A DNA stretch of 64,000 bases from Bryobacterales bacterium. GTDB taxonomy: Bacteria > Acidobacteriota > Terriglobia > Bryobacterales > UBA6623. The stretch spans positions 34,761 through 98,760 of the forward strand of contig CBDDCH010000001.1 in the NCBI GenBank assembly GCA_965226215.1, read 5' to 3'. The notes under the pieces were generated by a model. The model was not told the DNA's origin. It ran no database searches and saw only the letters and a program-made list of their open reading frames with translations. This document shows positions 21,941-32,217 of this stretch, in pieces (position 1 is the first letter of the stretch; every line of letters starts with the position of its first letter). A program made the translations under genes and the position numbers.

Positions 21941-22861
21941 TTGAAAACCGAACCCATTGGCTGGGCGTCGGCGCTCGTCGTCCTGGCGCTGTCCTTTCTC
22001 AGGGGCGGCCACATGGTGGCCATGAAGTTCGCGCTGACCGCGTTCACTCCGCTTTGGACGGCCTTCGGACGTATGTCGCTTGGCGTGCTGGCCGTGGGAT
22101 TATGGGCTTATCGGCGGCCAGTCCCGCTTCGACCCAAGCCCCAAGAGTGGCGCTCTCTGGGGATTCTGACCGGGCTGTTTACCATCCAGATCGCGATGCT
22201 GAACTACGGCGTCGACTTGACTTCGCCCGCCTACTCAGTTGTTCTGATCAACAGCAATCCCATTTTTGCCAATCTGATCGCGCACTTCTTTGTTCCCGCC
22301 GATAGGCTTTCGCTTTCTCGCCTGCTGGGCTTGGCGATCGCCTTCGGCGGCATATGCATTGTTTTTCTCGGAACACCCGAGCCGCGCCTGGCACGCGATC
22401 CCCTGGCGGGCAACCTGATTATCGTTGCGACGGCTGTCCTCGTCGCGGCTCGGACCGTCTACGCCCAGCGTGTTCTCCAGTGGATCGAGCCGGGAAGATT
22501 CGCTTTCTGGCAGATGTCACTGTCTCTACCCTTCTTCGCAACCGGCGCACTGGTGGCCGGCTCCGAGCAGCGGCTACCGGTGACCTGGGTGCCCCTAGCC
22601 GCCCTTGCCTATCAGGGGGTCGTGGTCGCGGGCGTTTGCTTTACGATCTGGGCTTGTCTGCTTCGCAAGCACAGTCCGGGTTCGCTGACCGTTTTCTCGT
22701 TCACCGTGCCCATCTTTGGGGTGATCGTCAGTGCCTGGCTCTTCGCCGAGCCCTTAACGCTCGACCTTCTCATCGGGGTCGCCGCGGTGGCCGGCGGCAT
22801 CTGGCTTGTGGCCCGGACTCCGAAGCCACTCCGCCCAGCAACCATATTGCCCGAGAGCTAG
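21941..22861 (+). CDS. EamA/DMT-family transporter, paralog 5
   Basis: Same motifs (GVDLTSPAYSVVLINSNPIF); closest by eye to paralog 1. Confidence 0.9.
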   Translation: MKTEPIGWASALVVLALSFLRGGHMVAMKFALTAFTPLWTAFGRMSLGVLAVGLWAYRRPVPLRPKPQEWRSLGILTGLFTIQIAMLNYGVDLTSPAYSVVLINSNPIFANLIAHFFVPADRLSLSRLLGLAIAFGGICIVFLGTPEPRLARDPLAGNLIIVATAVLVAARTVYAQRVLQWIEPGRFAFWQMSLSLPFFATGALVAGSEQRLPVTWVPLAALAYQGVVVAGVCFTIWACLLRKHSPGSLTVFSFTVPIFGVIVSAWLFAEPLTLDLLIGVAAVAGGIWLVARTPKPLRPATILPES

Positions 22862-23054
22862 CCTGCTTTTATCACCACGTGGCGAGGCGAAGTGTGTGAG
22901 AAGGCCGTCAGGACGAGACGCGCGCCGCTCGGCGCCCAGTTTCTTGAACGATGCGGGGCGTACTTGAACCCTACGTTGAGCACCGCGAGCAGGCGCAACG
23001 CAGTCATGGTGGGCTTATCGCGTGCTTCGGCCGTCAGGTGGCGAGAAAAGCGGG

Positions 23055-23441
23055 CTAGGCAGGACCGATCGGCTCCACAATCAATGTCATTCCATCGGCG
23101 GCTTCGATTCGTACTTCGGTCCCCTTAGGCGCGGCCCGATGGTTGGGTTTGAGGCGAGCTTTCCATAACTCACCTCGAACCAGCAGAAAGCCTTCCGGAT
23201 CAAGATCTTGCTTGACGACGCCCTGAGACCCAATGAGCTGCGCGATTCCTGTCTTGACTCGTGTGTCGTAGGCGCTGCGAAGAAAGGGGTAAAGCAGAAA
23301 ATCTTTGATCACAACAAGCGCCAGTAGGCCAAAGACGACCGCTAGGGAGATATCGATCCATTGCCGCAGCAGCAGCAGGACCACGCCGGTCAGGGCCCAG
23401 CCGGGAATCTGAAACAGCCAGTAACGGCTCCACGTGGTCAT
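23055..23441 (-). CDS. NfeD-family membrane protein
   Basis: Two TM segments, then LIGSQGVV..DLDPEG..LVRGELWKA...GTEVRI...LIVEP. Confidence 0.8.
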   Translation of the reverse strand: MTTWSRYWLFQIPGWALTGVVLLLLRQWIDISLAVVFGLLALVVIKDFLLYPFLRSAYDTRVKTGIAQLIGSQGVVKQDLDPEGFLLVRGELWKARLKPNHRAAPKGTEVRIEAADGMTLIVEPIGPA

Positions 23442-23662
23442 GTGGTGCAGGGGATCACTTCGATGGTAGCGCGCGGCCGGGGGAAATGGCCGGTCCGCTG
23501 CCGCTTGGTGCATGACCCGCTGCAATGGAACTGGCCCAGCGCGCGATGGTTCGCCGAGCAGGCCGGCCTGATCGCGATAGACGAGGCCCGATTGCCCATG
23601 AATCCTAGCGATTGGATATGAAGAAAAGGCCGCAGGTCTCTTCGAGCCCTGCGCTGATTAGA

Positions 23663-23739
23663 TGGCCGGCCCGCGGGGACTCGAACCCCGAACAACCGGC
23701 TTAGAAGGCCGGTGCTCTATCCGGTTGAGCTACGGGCCG
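23663..23739 (-). tRNA. tRNA-Arg (anticodon TCT)
   Basis: CGGCCCG/CGGGCCG acceptor stem, TAGCTCAACCGGATAGAGCA D arm, CCGGC-CTTCTAA-GCCGG anticodon arm, GGTTCGAGTCC T loop, encoded CCA. Confidence 0.97.
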
Positions 23740-24972
23740 TAGTAATGTTTTCAATAACTTATCTCTTGGCACCCGCGGCAGAAACCTTCATTGTGCCCGC
23801 ATTTGTGCCCGTGGAAGAGGAGGCGAAGGACAACGGCTTTTCATTGTGCCCGCCGTGGAACTGATTCAGCTTGTTTGCGGCTTCCATCAAATCACCTGGA
23901 CTCACGATATTGTATCGTTCGAAGACCGAGCGTGTCTTGTGCCCGGTTAGTTCCATAGCGACCCGCTCGGGAACCGCTGCTCGGACCAAGTTGCGGACGG
24001 CGGTCCGACGGAAGTCATGCAACAGACTCGCGGCCTTGATGCTCTTAACCCGGACCTTGCCATCCGGCCCGGTTTCGGTCTCCACTTGGCAGGGCAACCC
24101 GGCCTCGTAGCAGGCCCGCGCCCAAGCCTTACGAAAGCCGCGAATCGGTTTGCCCTCGCGGTGAAACACGTGAGGGATGATGGCACCGAGTTTTCGCTGG
24201 ACCCGATCGGTGTAGGCGCGTTGCTCTTCGAGGACGGCGCGGAGTTCATCCGTCATGGGAAACGTGCGGGCTTCCTCGTTCTTCGTCTGGCCGGCATAGA
24301 GTGAAACCGTACCGGCCTTGAAATTCACTCGAGGCCATTCGAGAGCCAGGACCTCGCTTCGGCTGCGCCAGCCGGTGACATACATGAACGTGACGCCTCA
24401 TCGCAACGTCTGCGGAAGATGCCCCCGTACCTCGTCGAACTGCTCCCGCTCAAAGAACCCCCTACGGACGTTGTTCTCCCGCAGCATGGGGATGTGCGGG
24501 CGCTGCAGGATCTTCCCCGACTGAACACCGAGCGAAAAAGCCCGCTTAACGTGGCTCAGCTCTCGGTTGATTTCGCCGTTCGACGCGCCGGACTGCTGAC
24601 GCTGCAAGATGAACTCGTTGATATCGGCGGTCGTGATGAACGCGGCCCGACGCTGGCCGAAATACGGCAGAATGTGACGGCGCAAGCGCATCTCAAGATC
24701 TCCGATTGACCGCCTGCCGTTGACTTTGTAATCGGTCACAACGTCTTCGGCTAGCTCCCTGAAGCGCACGCGGGTTACTTTGGGCGTGATCGGCACGCCC
24801 CTAACTACATCCCCTTCCCGGAGCTTCAGAAGTTTCCTCGCATCGGATTCCTTCGTGCTTTCCGAGCTTTCCCGCATCGGCCGGCCATCGCGGTAGTACT
24901 TAATCCAGTAAACATTGGATTCCCGGACGTTGCCGTTTTTGTCCTTCCACTTTCGTTGATAGATTGATCCCA

Positions 24973-26003
24973 ATGGGGTATCCACTTGACTCAGGTGACC
25001 CCAAGATGTAGTATGCGCCTTCGTGGAGGATTATCCAGGCGACCTGCTCGAGTTCGAGGTACGCTTCGCCAGCAAAGAGGCCTGTCGCGACTATCTGTCC
25101 GCGTTGCGCTGGCCGGAGGGTTTCCGCTGTCCGGGATGCGGGCATGAGCGGGCTTGGCCGGTGCGCAAAGTGTGGTTCGAATGCGCTCGCTGCGGGCGGC
25201 AGACGTCGGTGACCTCGGGCACGATCTTCCAAGACACACGTAAGCCGCTGCGGCTGTGGTTCCGGGCGATCTGGCACGTCACTTCGCAAAAGAACGGGGT
25301 CAGCGCGCTGGGTCTGCAGCGCGTTCTCGGGTTGGGCAGCTATCAAACCGCGTGGACCTGGATGCACAAGCTGCGGCGAGCGATGGTGCGTCCGGGGCGG
25401 GAGCGATTGGCGGGCGTAGTCGAGGTCGATGAGACCTATTGGGGCGCTGAGGAAGAGGGTGTGAGCGGCCGGCAGACCGAGCGTAAAGCCTTGATTGCAG
25501 TAGCCGCGGAAGAGAGAGGCCGCGGGCTAGGACGGATCCGCATGCAGCGCGTGCGGAACGCATCGGCGGCCAGTTTGATGCCCTTCGTGGAGGAGTCGGT
25601 CGAGCCGGGAAGCGTGGTGCACACCGACGGCTGGCTGGGCTACGAGCCGCTGGAGAAGAAGGGCTACCAGCATCGCATCGTCTTTCTGTCGGGCCGCCGC
25701 AAGCAGGCCTCGGAATTATTGCCGAGGGTGCACCAAGCGATCTCGTTGCTCAAGCGCTGGCTGCTGGGCACGCACCAAGGCGCGGTTAGTCACGAGCATC
25801 TGGACTACTACCTCGACGAGTTTGTGTTCCGCTTCAACCGGCGCAACTCACGCAGCCGGGGAAAACTCTTCTACCGCCTTGTGCAGCAGGCAGTCGCCGT
25901 GGACCCAACGCCGTATCGATCGATCGTCGCCGACTGGGACGCTGAGGCCCCGTGAGCCCAACCACAAGATGTTGGGGTTACCTGAGTCAAGTGGATACCC
26001 CAT
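24973..26003 (+). mobile_element. IS1595-family insertion sequence
   Basis: TIR ATGGGGTATCCACTTGACTCAGGT at both ends; 8-bp duplication TGATCCCA at 24965-24972 and 26004-26011. Confidence 0.92.
25023..25955 (+). CDS. IS1595 (ISXO2-like) transposase
   Basis: Zn ribbon CPGC...CARC, VEVDETY, VHTDG, YLDEFVFRFNRR. Confidence 0.95.
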   Translation: MEDYPGDLLEFEVRFASKEACRDYLSALRWPEGFRCPGCGHERAWPVRKVWFECARCGRQTSVTSGTIFQDTRKPLRLWFRAIWHVTSQKNGVSALGLQRVLGLGSYQTAWTWMHKLRRAMVRPGRERLAGVVEVDETYWGAEEEGVSGRQTERKALIAVAAEERGRGLGRIRMQRVRNASAASLMPFVEESVEPGSVVHTDGWLGYEPLEKKGYQHRIVFLSGRRKQASELLPRVHQAISLLKRWLLGTHQGAVSHEHLDYYLDEFVFRFNRRNSRSRGKLFYRLVQQAVAVDPTPYRSIVADWDAEAP

Positions 26004-26012
26004 TGATCCCAT

Positions 26013-27020
26013 TTAGGTTTCTCCTTTCTTGACTGTCTTGCGTAGCTTCGGTTTCGCCTTGAACTTCCGTTCGTAGTACCTCTTGGAGTTCCGGCGATAC
26101 TGCTCTGACTTGCATTCCTCGGATTCGCACCATTTTTCCCGATTGCGGGCGCGCCTTCGCTTTTTGGGGGTGAACGGCCTGCCACACCAGGCGCAGCGAT
26201 AGAGTCCGTTTGGGGAGCGGAGGGCCGCAGCCAAATCGACCGCCAGCCTCCCGGCCAATCGCCAATAGGCCGTCTGAATCTCAAACCAGTGTTCTTTCGC
26301 ATTTCGCCGCGTAAGCCACTGCGGTGACAAACCGACTTGGCCATAGCGGAACCAGCGTTCAAGGGCCAGCGCGACTGTCTGTCGCTCGTGAATAACGTTC
26401 CCGGCAATCTCTCCCGGACCCCAGTAGTAGTGATCTTCTATGGAGATTCCCTCTGGTTCGCCTCGCTCGACATCGGCCCAGTCCGCTTTATCACCGGGCC
26501 TGTCCTGATGGAGGTTCGCGGCAACCAGCAGGATGGCCCGTAACTGCCGGGAGTACCTTCGCCATGCTTCAACCGGCTCAGTGCGCTGGCCTCTACCCGT
26601 GCTGAAGCTCTGGCAGGGCGGATCGGCTAGATCCCTGTGGTTTTGAGGCTTGCGATGTTCGCAGATTTCGAGCGGACCCCAGCGTCTTGCAAAATCCAAA
26701 ACCGCTTGCGTAAACCTGTCTTCCCGGACGTCCATTAACCGGATGAATGCATCAAGGCACTTCCCCTTGCGGGGGGAGACGTGCTTGAGATCAACCCACT
26801 TATAGGTAAGAACCGGGCCGCCATCGTTGACCCACGGCCATGCAAGCCGTTCCGGGCCGGGTTTAATGATCGCCGGACTTCTTAATTCGCTTGCCGAAAC
26901 GATGGCGATCTCGCTCGGAACCCCGTATGAAACCTCACGATCCGCGCGGATCGCGAGGTCCGCTCCCTCAATTTCCATTCCGGCGAGTTCTGCTTGCGCG
27001 CGCAGTGTGTCGAATCTCAT
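26013..27020 (-). CDS. Hypothetical protein with C-terminal CGNR-like Zn finger (possible element regulator)
   Basis: CAWCGRPF...WCESEEC with a basic tail; its stop abuts the integrase ATG. Alternative start at 27059. Confidence 0.6.
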   Translation of the reverse strand: MRFDTLRAQAELAGMEIEGADLAIRADREVSYGVPSEIAIVSASELRSPAIIKPGPERLAWPWVNDGGPVLTYKWVDLKHVSPRKGKCLDAFIRLMDVREDRFTQAVLDFARRWGPLEICEHRKPQNHRDLADPPCQSFSTGRGQRTEPVEAWRRYSRQLRAILLVAANLHQDRPGDKADWADVERGEPEGISIEDHYYWGPGEIAGNVIHERQTVALALERWFRYGQVGLSPQWLTRRNAKEHWFEIQTAYWRLAGRLAVDLAAALRSPNGLYRCAWCGRPFTPKKRRRARNREKWCESEECKSEQYRRNSKRYYERKFKAKPKLRKTVKKGET

Positions 27021-27076
27021 ATCATACCTAATTCTGAATATAAGATAGATCAGCTCCACTTGTCCATACTAAAAAT

Positions 27077-27415
27077 ATGCCTATCCCCCCAGACCTAACC
27101 CAAGCTCATACGAGCGCACGCGACCAAAGCGGGCACAGTGCGGGCACAGCGGACGCGGAAACCCCTGTCAATAGCGGGCCCGACAGAGGAGCAGCGGTCG
27201 CTGTTCCCGCACCGCGGCTGCTCGACTTGCGGGCGGCCGGCCGCTACCTAGGGCTGTCGTACTGGACGGTGCGTGATCTTGTCTTCGCGGGCGCGCTGCC
27301 GACCGTAAAGCTGCCGTGCCCACGTGCAGGGGACGGTCGGGCGATTCGTCGCGTACTCATCGACCGCCGCGACCTGGACGCCCTCATTGAGCGGCACCGG
27401 GAGGCGGCGCTATGA
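27077..27415 (+). CDS. Excisionase/AlpA-like HTH protein, copy 1
   Basis: RLLDLRAAGRYLGLSYWTVRDLV..G.LP.VK...RVLIDRRDLDALIE. Confidence 0.8.
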   Translation: MPIPPDLTQAHTSARDQSGHSAGTADAETPVNSGPDRGAAVAVPAPRLLDLRAAGRYLGLSYWTVRDLVFAGALPTVKLPCPRAGDGRAIRRVLIDRRDLDALIERHREAAL

Positions 27416-28032
27416 CTCTCCGCGAGCTGCTGGGCCGCGCGTCCATCAGTGACGTTTGGGTGGCTCTCGGTGGCGGCGAATTACGCCACGGGCGGGGCAA
27501 AGGGTTTTGGCGAGATGGTGACGGCGATAACATCGCTATCAACGAATCCAAGGGTGTTTTTTACGATCACGCCCACGGCGAAGGTGGCGGCGTACTCGAT
27601 CTTATCCAGACTGCCTTGGGCTACGACCGCAAGCGAGCGCTGGAATGGCTGGCGGCGTATCAGGGCGTCAACCTGGACAACAGGCGACCGCTAACGCGAC
27701 ATGAGCGGAGACAGTATTCCCAGCGGCGTAGCCGTGCGGAGCTTGCAGCGCGCGACCTCACCCGATGGCGGCGCGACGTACTCCGGCGGGCGCGGGCGGA
27801 GCGCAACCGGCTGTACCTGTCCGAAAACGCGGTATCAGCCGCCGCGAGAACTTTACTGGCCGCAACCGGCGGCGACGGCGATGACGAAGCCTGGGCCCAC
27901 ATTTTTGAACACGCCCAAGACGATCAGCGCGCTGACCAGATAGACCGCGTAATCCAGCGAATTGAGTCGGCGACGCCAGCCGAGTTGGTCACCATACGGC
28001 GGGCGTCGGAGTTGGGGAGGCAGGTGGTGTGA
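27412..28032 (+). CDS. Primase Zn-finger-like protein lacking the cysteines
   Basis: GKGFWRDGD..IAIN..KGVFYDH..GEGGGVLDLIQ..LG...ALEWLA resembles the CHC2 domain context. Confidence 0.5.
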   Translation: MTLRELLGRASISDVWVALGGGELRHGRGKGFWRDGDGDNIAINESKGVFYDHAHGEGGGVLDLIQTALGYDRKRALEWLAAYQGVNLDNRRPLTRHERRQYSQRRSRAELAARDLTRWRRDVLRRARAERNRLYLSENAVSAAARTLLAATGGDGDDEAWAHIFEHAQDDQRADQIDRVIQRIESATPAELVTIRRASELGRQVV

Positions 28033-29123
28033 AGCGGGCGATCGAGTCGATCGTTATCGGCAAGCGAACCCGCAAAGAGATGGGCGACATCGGTGCCCTC
28101 GCCCGCAGTATCCACAAGCTCGGCCTTCTCCATCCGATTGTCATCGACAACAAGAATCAACTGATTGCTGGCCAGCGCCGCTTGAAAGCGTGCGAGTCTC
28201 TCGGGTGGGGGACTGTACCCGTTCATGTTGTTCCAATAGACGACATTGTGCGCGGCGAGTTCGACGAGAATGTCGTGCGGCAGGACTTCCTGCCGAGCGA
28301 AAGATATGTCATCGCCAAGAAGCTTGAAAAACGAGAGCGAAAGGCAGCCAAGGAGCGCAAAGCGCGGCCAGGCTAGGCACGTAGTGGCAAGTTTCCACAA
28401 CAAGCAGAAAAGGGCAAGTCACGTGACAAGATGGGCAAGCGTGCTGGTATAAGCGGGCGCACCCTGGATAAAATTTCCGAAGTCTGCGAAGCAGCCGAAG
28501 CCGAGCCGGAGAAGTATCGGCCGCTCGTAGAAGAGATGGACAGGACGCGCCGCGTCAACGGCGTGCACCGCAAGCTGAAGGTTGCCCGACAGGTAGAGGC
28601 GATCCGGGCCGAGCCGCTGAAACCGCCGGACGGGAAGTACCGGGTGATCGTGATTGATCCACCTTGGAGCTACGGCCGCTCCGAGGACCCGACGCATCGG
28701 GGCGCGGTTCCCTATGCGGACTTATCGGTAGAAGAGATTTGCGCCTTACCCCTCGCCGACTGGGCGCACGAAGATTGCATTCTGTGGCTATGGACGACGA
28801 ACGCCTTCATGCGCGAGGCGTTCGAATGCCTGGCCGCATGGGGCTTCGAGCAGAAAACGATCCTCACTTGGGTAAAGGACAGGATGGGCACCGGAGATTG
28901 GTTGCGCGGGCAAACCGAGCACTGCTTGCTTGCGGTACGCGCAAAGCCCACGGTATCGCTGACGAACCAAACTACCGCCTTAATGGCTACTGCCGGCAAG
29001 CACTCGGAAAAGCCAAGCGAGTTCTATGACTTAGTGGAGGGGCTTTGCCCCGGATCAAGGCTCGATGTCTTCGCCAGACAGAGGAGAGATGGTTGGGAAT
29101 CTTTCGGGTTCGAAGTCGTATGA
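28029..29123 (+). pseudogene. ParB-N + MT-A70 adenine methyltransferase fusion with in-frame TAG
   Basis: GLLHPIVID..NQLIAGQRRLKA (ParB), then IVIDPPW and LWLWTTN...TILTWVK (MT-A70). The TAG at 28374-28376 is in frame with both parts. Confidence 0.85.
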
Positions 29124-29879
29124 AAGTGGCTTCCAATATCAACTCGTATTTGGAAAAGTATGACCGACACACCGTGGCGAGATCCAGAGGCGGAATTTGA
29201 GCGCAGGGCGACGGGGGCGTTCATGGCGGACCCGAACTTAGCAGGCGAGACTCCGACCTCGACGAATTCAGGAGCGAAACCAGACGCGACCGCCGAACTA
29301 CCCCGTGTGCTCGACCGTAGCGACCCGCTAGCATGCGGCCGGCGCTTTCTAGCGGATGAATTCACCCACGACAACCAAGCAATCCTCTATCACCACCGCG
29401 GCGACTTCTACAGGTGGGTGCGCTCTAGATGGCAGCATGTCGAAGAAGGCGACTTGCGAGCGCAACTCTACGAATACTTAGAGGGGACGAAAGCCATCGG
29501 CAAGAACAAGAACCTGGAGCCGTTTAAGCCGACCGCTCGGCGCGTTACTGACATTCTCGATGCACTCAGGGGTGCGGTGCACCTGTCCAGCGGACTCGCC
29601 CCGCCGACCTGGCTCAAACAAGTTCCGGACTTGCTGCCCAATGAACTTATCCCCTGCTGTAACGGGCTGCTCCACGTACCAGAGATGTGCCTGCTCGGGC
29701 ACGACGTGGATTTCTTCAACACATCGGCGCTCGACGTTGCTTATGATCCGAAGACGTCTGAGCCCACGCAATGGCTGGCGTTTCTCCGGTCGCTATGGGA
29801 GGACGATTCTGAAGCGATTGCGACGCTTGAGGAGATGTTCGGCTATCTGCTGACTACCGACACCCGGCAACAGAAAATC

Positions 29880-31178
29880 GGCTCTTCCGGGTTTTAAGTG
29901 GGCGAAGGAGCCAGATCGAGTTTCCCACAGTGGAAGTAGATGGCGTTGATGAAGTTCTGTTGATTGCGGAAACCGCGCGCCGTGGCCTTGACCCATTGAA
30001 TCCTTGAGTTCAACCCCTCGCTGACCGCGTTCGTAATGCGGTGTTTCAGATACGTGAGTATGTTTTCGAGGCGAGCCGTCAACATCCGCGCTACGGTGAC
30101 CATCGGCGTCAGCCGGCTGCGACTCGCCCAGCCGCGCCATTGCTCGAAGAAAGCTCGCGCCGCCGATTCGCGACGATAGTCGAACAGCCGCATCGCCGTT
30201 TCCTTCAACGCCCACGCCCGCGCCGTCTTCAAGTCGCTTTCGCGCAGCGCGCGGAACTCGCGCCAGGCGTCCTCGGAAAAGTTCGCCGGATGCCGCAGCC
30301 AAGCGTACTTCGTGCCTGTCAAACGCTCGTCGCCGAGGGCCAGTAAACGCTTGTTCTCCGCCCGCCGCACCTGGTCCACCGCCTTCGCCAGATGCGCCGC
30401 GATGTGATATTTGTCGTAAACGATCTTTTTCTCCGATTCGTCGAGATGCTCCCGGGTCGAGGCGACGTAAGGATCCCACATGTCCATCGCGACGGCCTCG
30501 ACTCGGGCGAGTTGCTCTGCGCTCAACGTCTTCCAAAAGCCGTCCAGGCTGGCCTGGCTGCGTCCCTCGGCGACGAACAACACGCGCGAGCGGTTGAGAT
30601 CGTTGACGACGGTGAGATAGCGATGGCGCTTGCGGAAGCTCTTCTCGTCGACGCCCAGGTAGGGAATCGGCTCTGCCGCGCGACGTTCGAGCCCACGTTG
30701 CACGGCGCGTTCCAGGATGCCGTGAATCTCGTCCCAGCTCAGCGCCAGCAACTCGGCGATGCCTTGCTGGCTGGCTTCCTTCAGCCACGAGATCGCGAGA
30801 GCTTCAAACAGCGCGGTGAAGCGGCTGGAAGCCTCGGCCCAGGGCAGTCGCACGACGCGCGGCCCGTGCTCGGAGCAGTCGCTGCGCGGCGGCCGGGCGT
30901 GCAGGATCGTGCGGTACTGACAGGTGTCGAGGTGACGCCAGCGGCGTTCGGGCTGATGATCGTGGAGTGCGCACACGGCGCTGCATTGGCGGCACGGCCA
31001 GCGGACTTGCTCGTCGTGTTCGAGGAAGACGTGGACTTCGCCGTCGGCTCGGCGCAGCTCCACTCGCACGACTTTCCAGGGACTTTCGATGCCCAGAATC
31101 TGGCGGTATAGCTCGCGGTCTTGCATCCCGCGAGACTACCACCGAGCCTCACTCGCCCACTAGAAACCCGGAAGAACC
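29880..31178 (-). mobile_element. ISL3-family insertion sequence
   Basis: TIRs GGCTCTTCCGGGTTTTAAGTGGGCGA and (reverse complement) GGTTCTTCCGGGTTTCTAGTGGGCGA. 8-bp TSD AGAAAATC at 29872-29879 and 31179-31186. Confidence 0.93.
29894..31126 (-). CDS. ISL3 transposase
   Basis: CRQC..RRWRHLD, LGVDEKSF, AMDMWDPY, YDKYH, TNAVSEGLNSRI...ARGFRN. Confidence 0.95.
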   Translation of the reverse strand: MQDRELYRQILGIESPWKVVRVELRRADGEVHVFLEHDEQVRWPCRQCSAVCALHDHQPERRWRHLDTCQYRTILHARPPRSDCSEHGPRVVRLPWAEASSRFTALFEALAISWLKEASQQGIAELLALSWDEIHGILERAVQRGLERRAAEPIPYLGVDEKSFRKRHRYLTVVNDLNRSRVLFVAEGRSQASLDGFWKTLSAEQLARVEAVAMDMWDPYVASTREHLDESEKKIVYDKYHIAAHLAKAVDQVRRAENKRLLALGDERLTGTKYAWLRHPANFSEDAWREFRALRESDLKTARAWALKETAMRLFDYRRESAARAFFEQWRGWASRSRLTPMVTVARMLTARLENILTYLKHRITNAVSEGLNSRIQWVKATARGFRNQQNFINAIYFHCGKLDLAPSPT

Positions 31179-31971
31179 AGAAAATCTTTATGCTCGTCGG
31201 CCCAAAACGCTCGGGCAAGGGAACGATAGCGAGGGTGTTGACAGCCCTACTAGGGCGCGAGAACGTGGCTGGTCCAACACTCGGTTCCCTTGCGACGAAC
31301 TTTGGCCTTTCGCCGCTTATCGGCAAGCCATTAGCCATCATCAGTGACGCTCGGCTGGGTAGTCGTAGCGACCAGGCCGTCATCGTCGAACGGCTGTTGA
31401 GCATCAGCGGCGAAGACATCATCACCATTGATCGCAAACATCGAGAACCCTGGACTGGGACGCTGCCGACCCGATTCCTTCTGCTGAGCAACGAGTTGCC
31501 CAGACTTGCGGATACATCGGGAGCGATGGCGAGCCGGTTTATCGTCCTGATGCTGAAGACTAGCTTTTTCGGGCGCGAGGACACCGAGTTAACCGACAAG
31601 CTGCGAACCGAACTCCCCAACATCCTCCGCTGGTCGCTGGACGGACTACAGCAGTTGCGAGAGCGCGGCAGGTTCCTTCAGCCGTCATCTTCGACAGAAG
31701 CAATTCAAGAGCTTGAGGACCTTGGCTCACCTGTCGGTGCGTTCGTCCGCGACCGCTGCGAGATTGAACCAGGGCTGGAAATTGCCTGCGACAACTTGTA
31801 TAGGGCATGGTGCTCGTGGTGTACCGAGCAGGGACGCGACCACGCCGGCACCAGGCAACGGTTCGGGCGTGACCTTCGCGCAGTCGTGCCGGGACTCACC
31901 GTTAAACAACGACGCGAGGCGCTACAGGTGGTGCGCGTCTATGGGGGGATTTCGACAGTATGAAGAGTCAG

Positions 31972-32071
31972 TGTCACGCATGTCACGCGTACGCCTTTAT
32001 TTTTCTTTTTACTTTACCTTTTTACCCCCTTACGCGTGCAAATAAGAACCTATGCGTGACAATGCGTGACA
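31972..32071. other. Putative replication origin of the element
   Basis: Two TGTCACGC copies and two inverted GCGTGACA copies flank a T-rich tract directly after the helicase gene. Confidence 0.55.
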
Positions 32072-32217
32072 GGGCTTGAATCATGGCTAGAACCTGCACC
32101 GTCTGCACCCACAACGAGCGAGACGCCACGCCATCGTCCGAGCGCCATCTACCTCCTCAGGTGCGTTCAGGACGCTCATCCGCACCCTTGCAGCGTCCTT
32201 GAGAATCGACCAGAGAC

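Larger units (their letters stand above)
23759..26012 (-). pseudogene. Phage-type tyrosine integrase, disrupted by IS1595 and an in-frame TGA
   Basis: Native ATG at 26012 behind AAGGAG (MGSIYQR once the IS is removed). TGA at 24398-24400 is in frame (TLR*GVTFMYVTGWR). Catalytic motifs GWRSRSE, TKN, HDFRR, GH...ERY. Confidence 0.9.
29160..31963 (+). pseudogene. P4/D5-type SF3 helicase (phage/plasmid primase family) split by ISL3
   Basis: Removing the IS and one TSD restores RQQKIFMLVGPKRSGKGT (Walker A); also AIISDA and LLSNELP. Confidence 0.9.

Noticed and set aside
24398-28376. Stop-codon reassignment in the phage-like element (in-frame TGA and TAG)
   Set aside because: Two different stop codons are involved. 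TGA ends many neighbouring genes normally, frameshifts and IS hits co-occur, and no suppressor tRNA is present. Decay is the simpler explanation.
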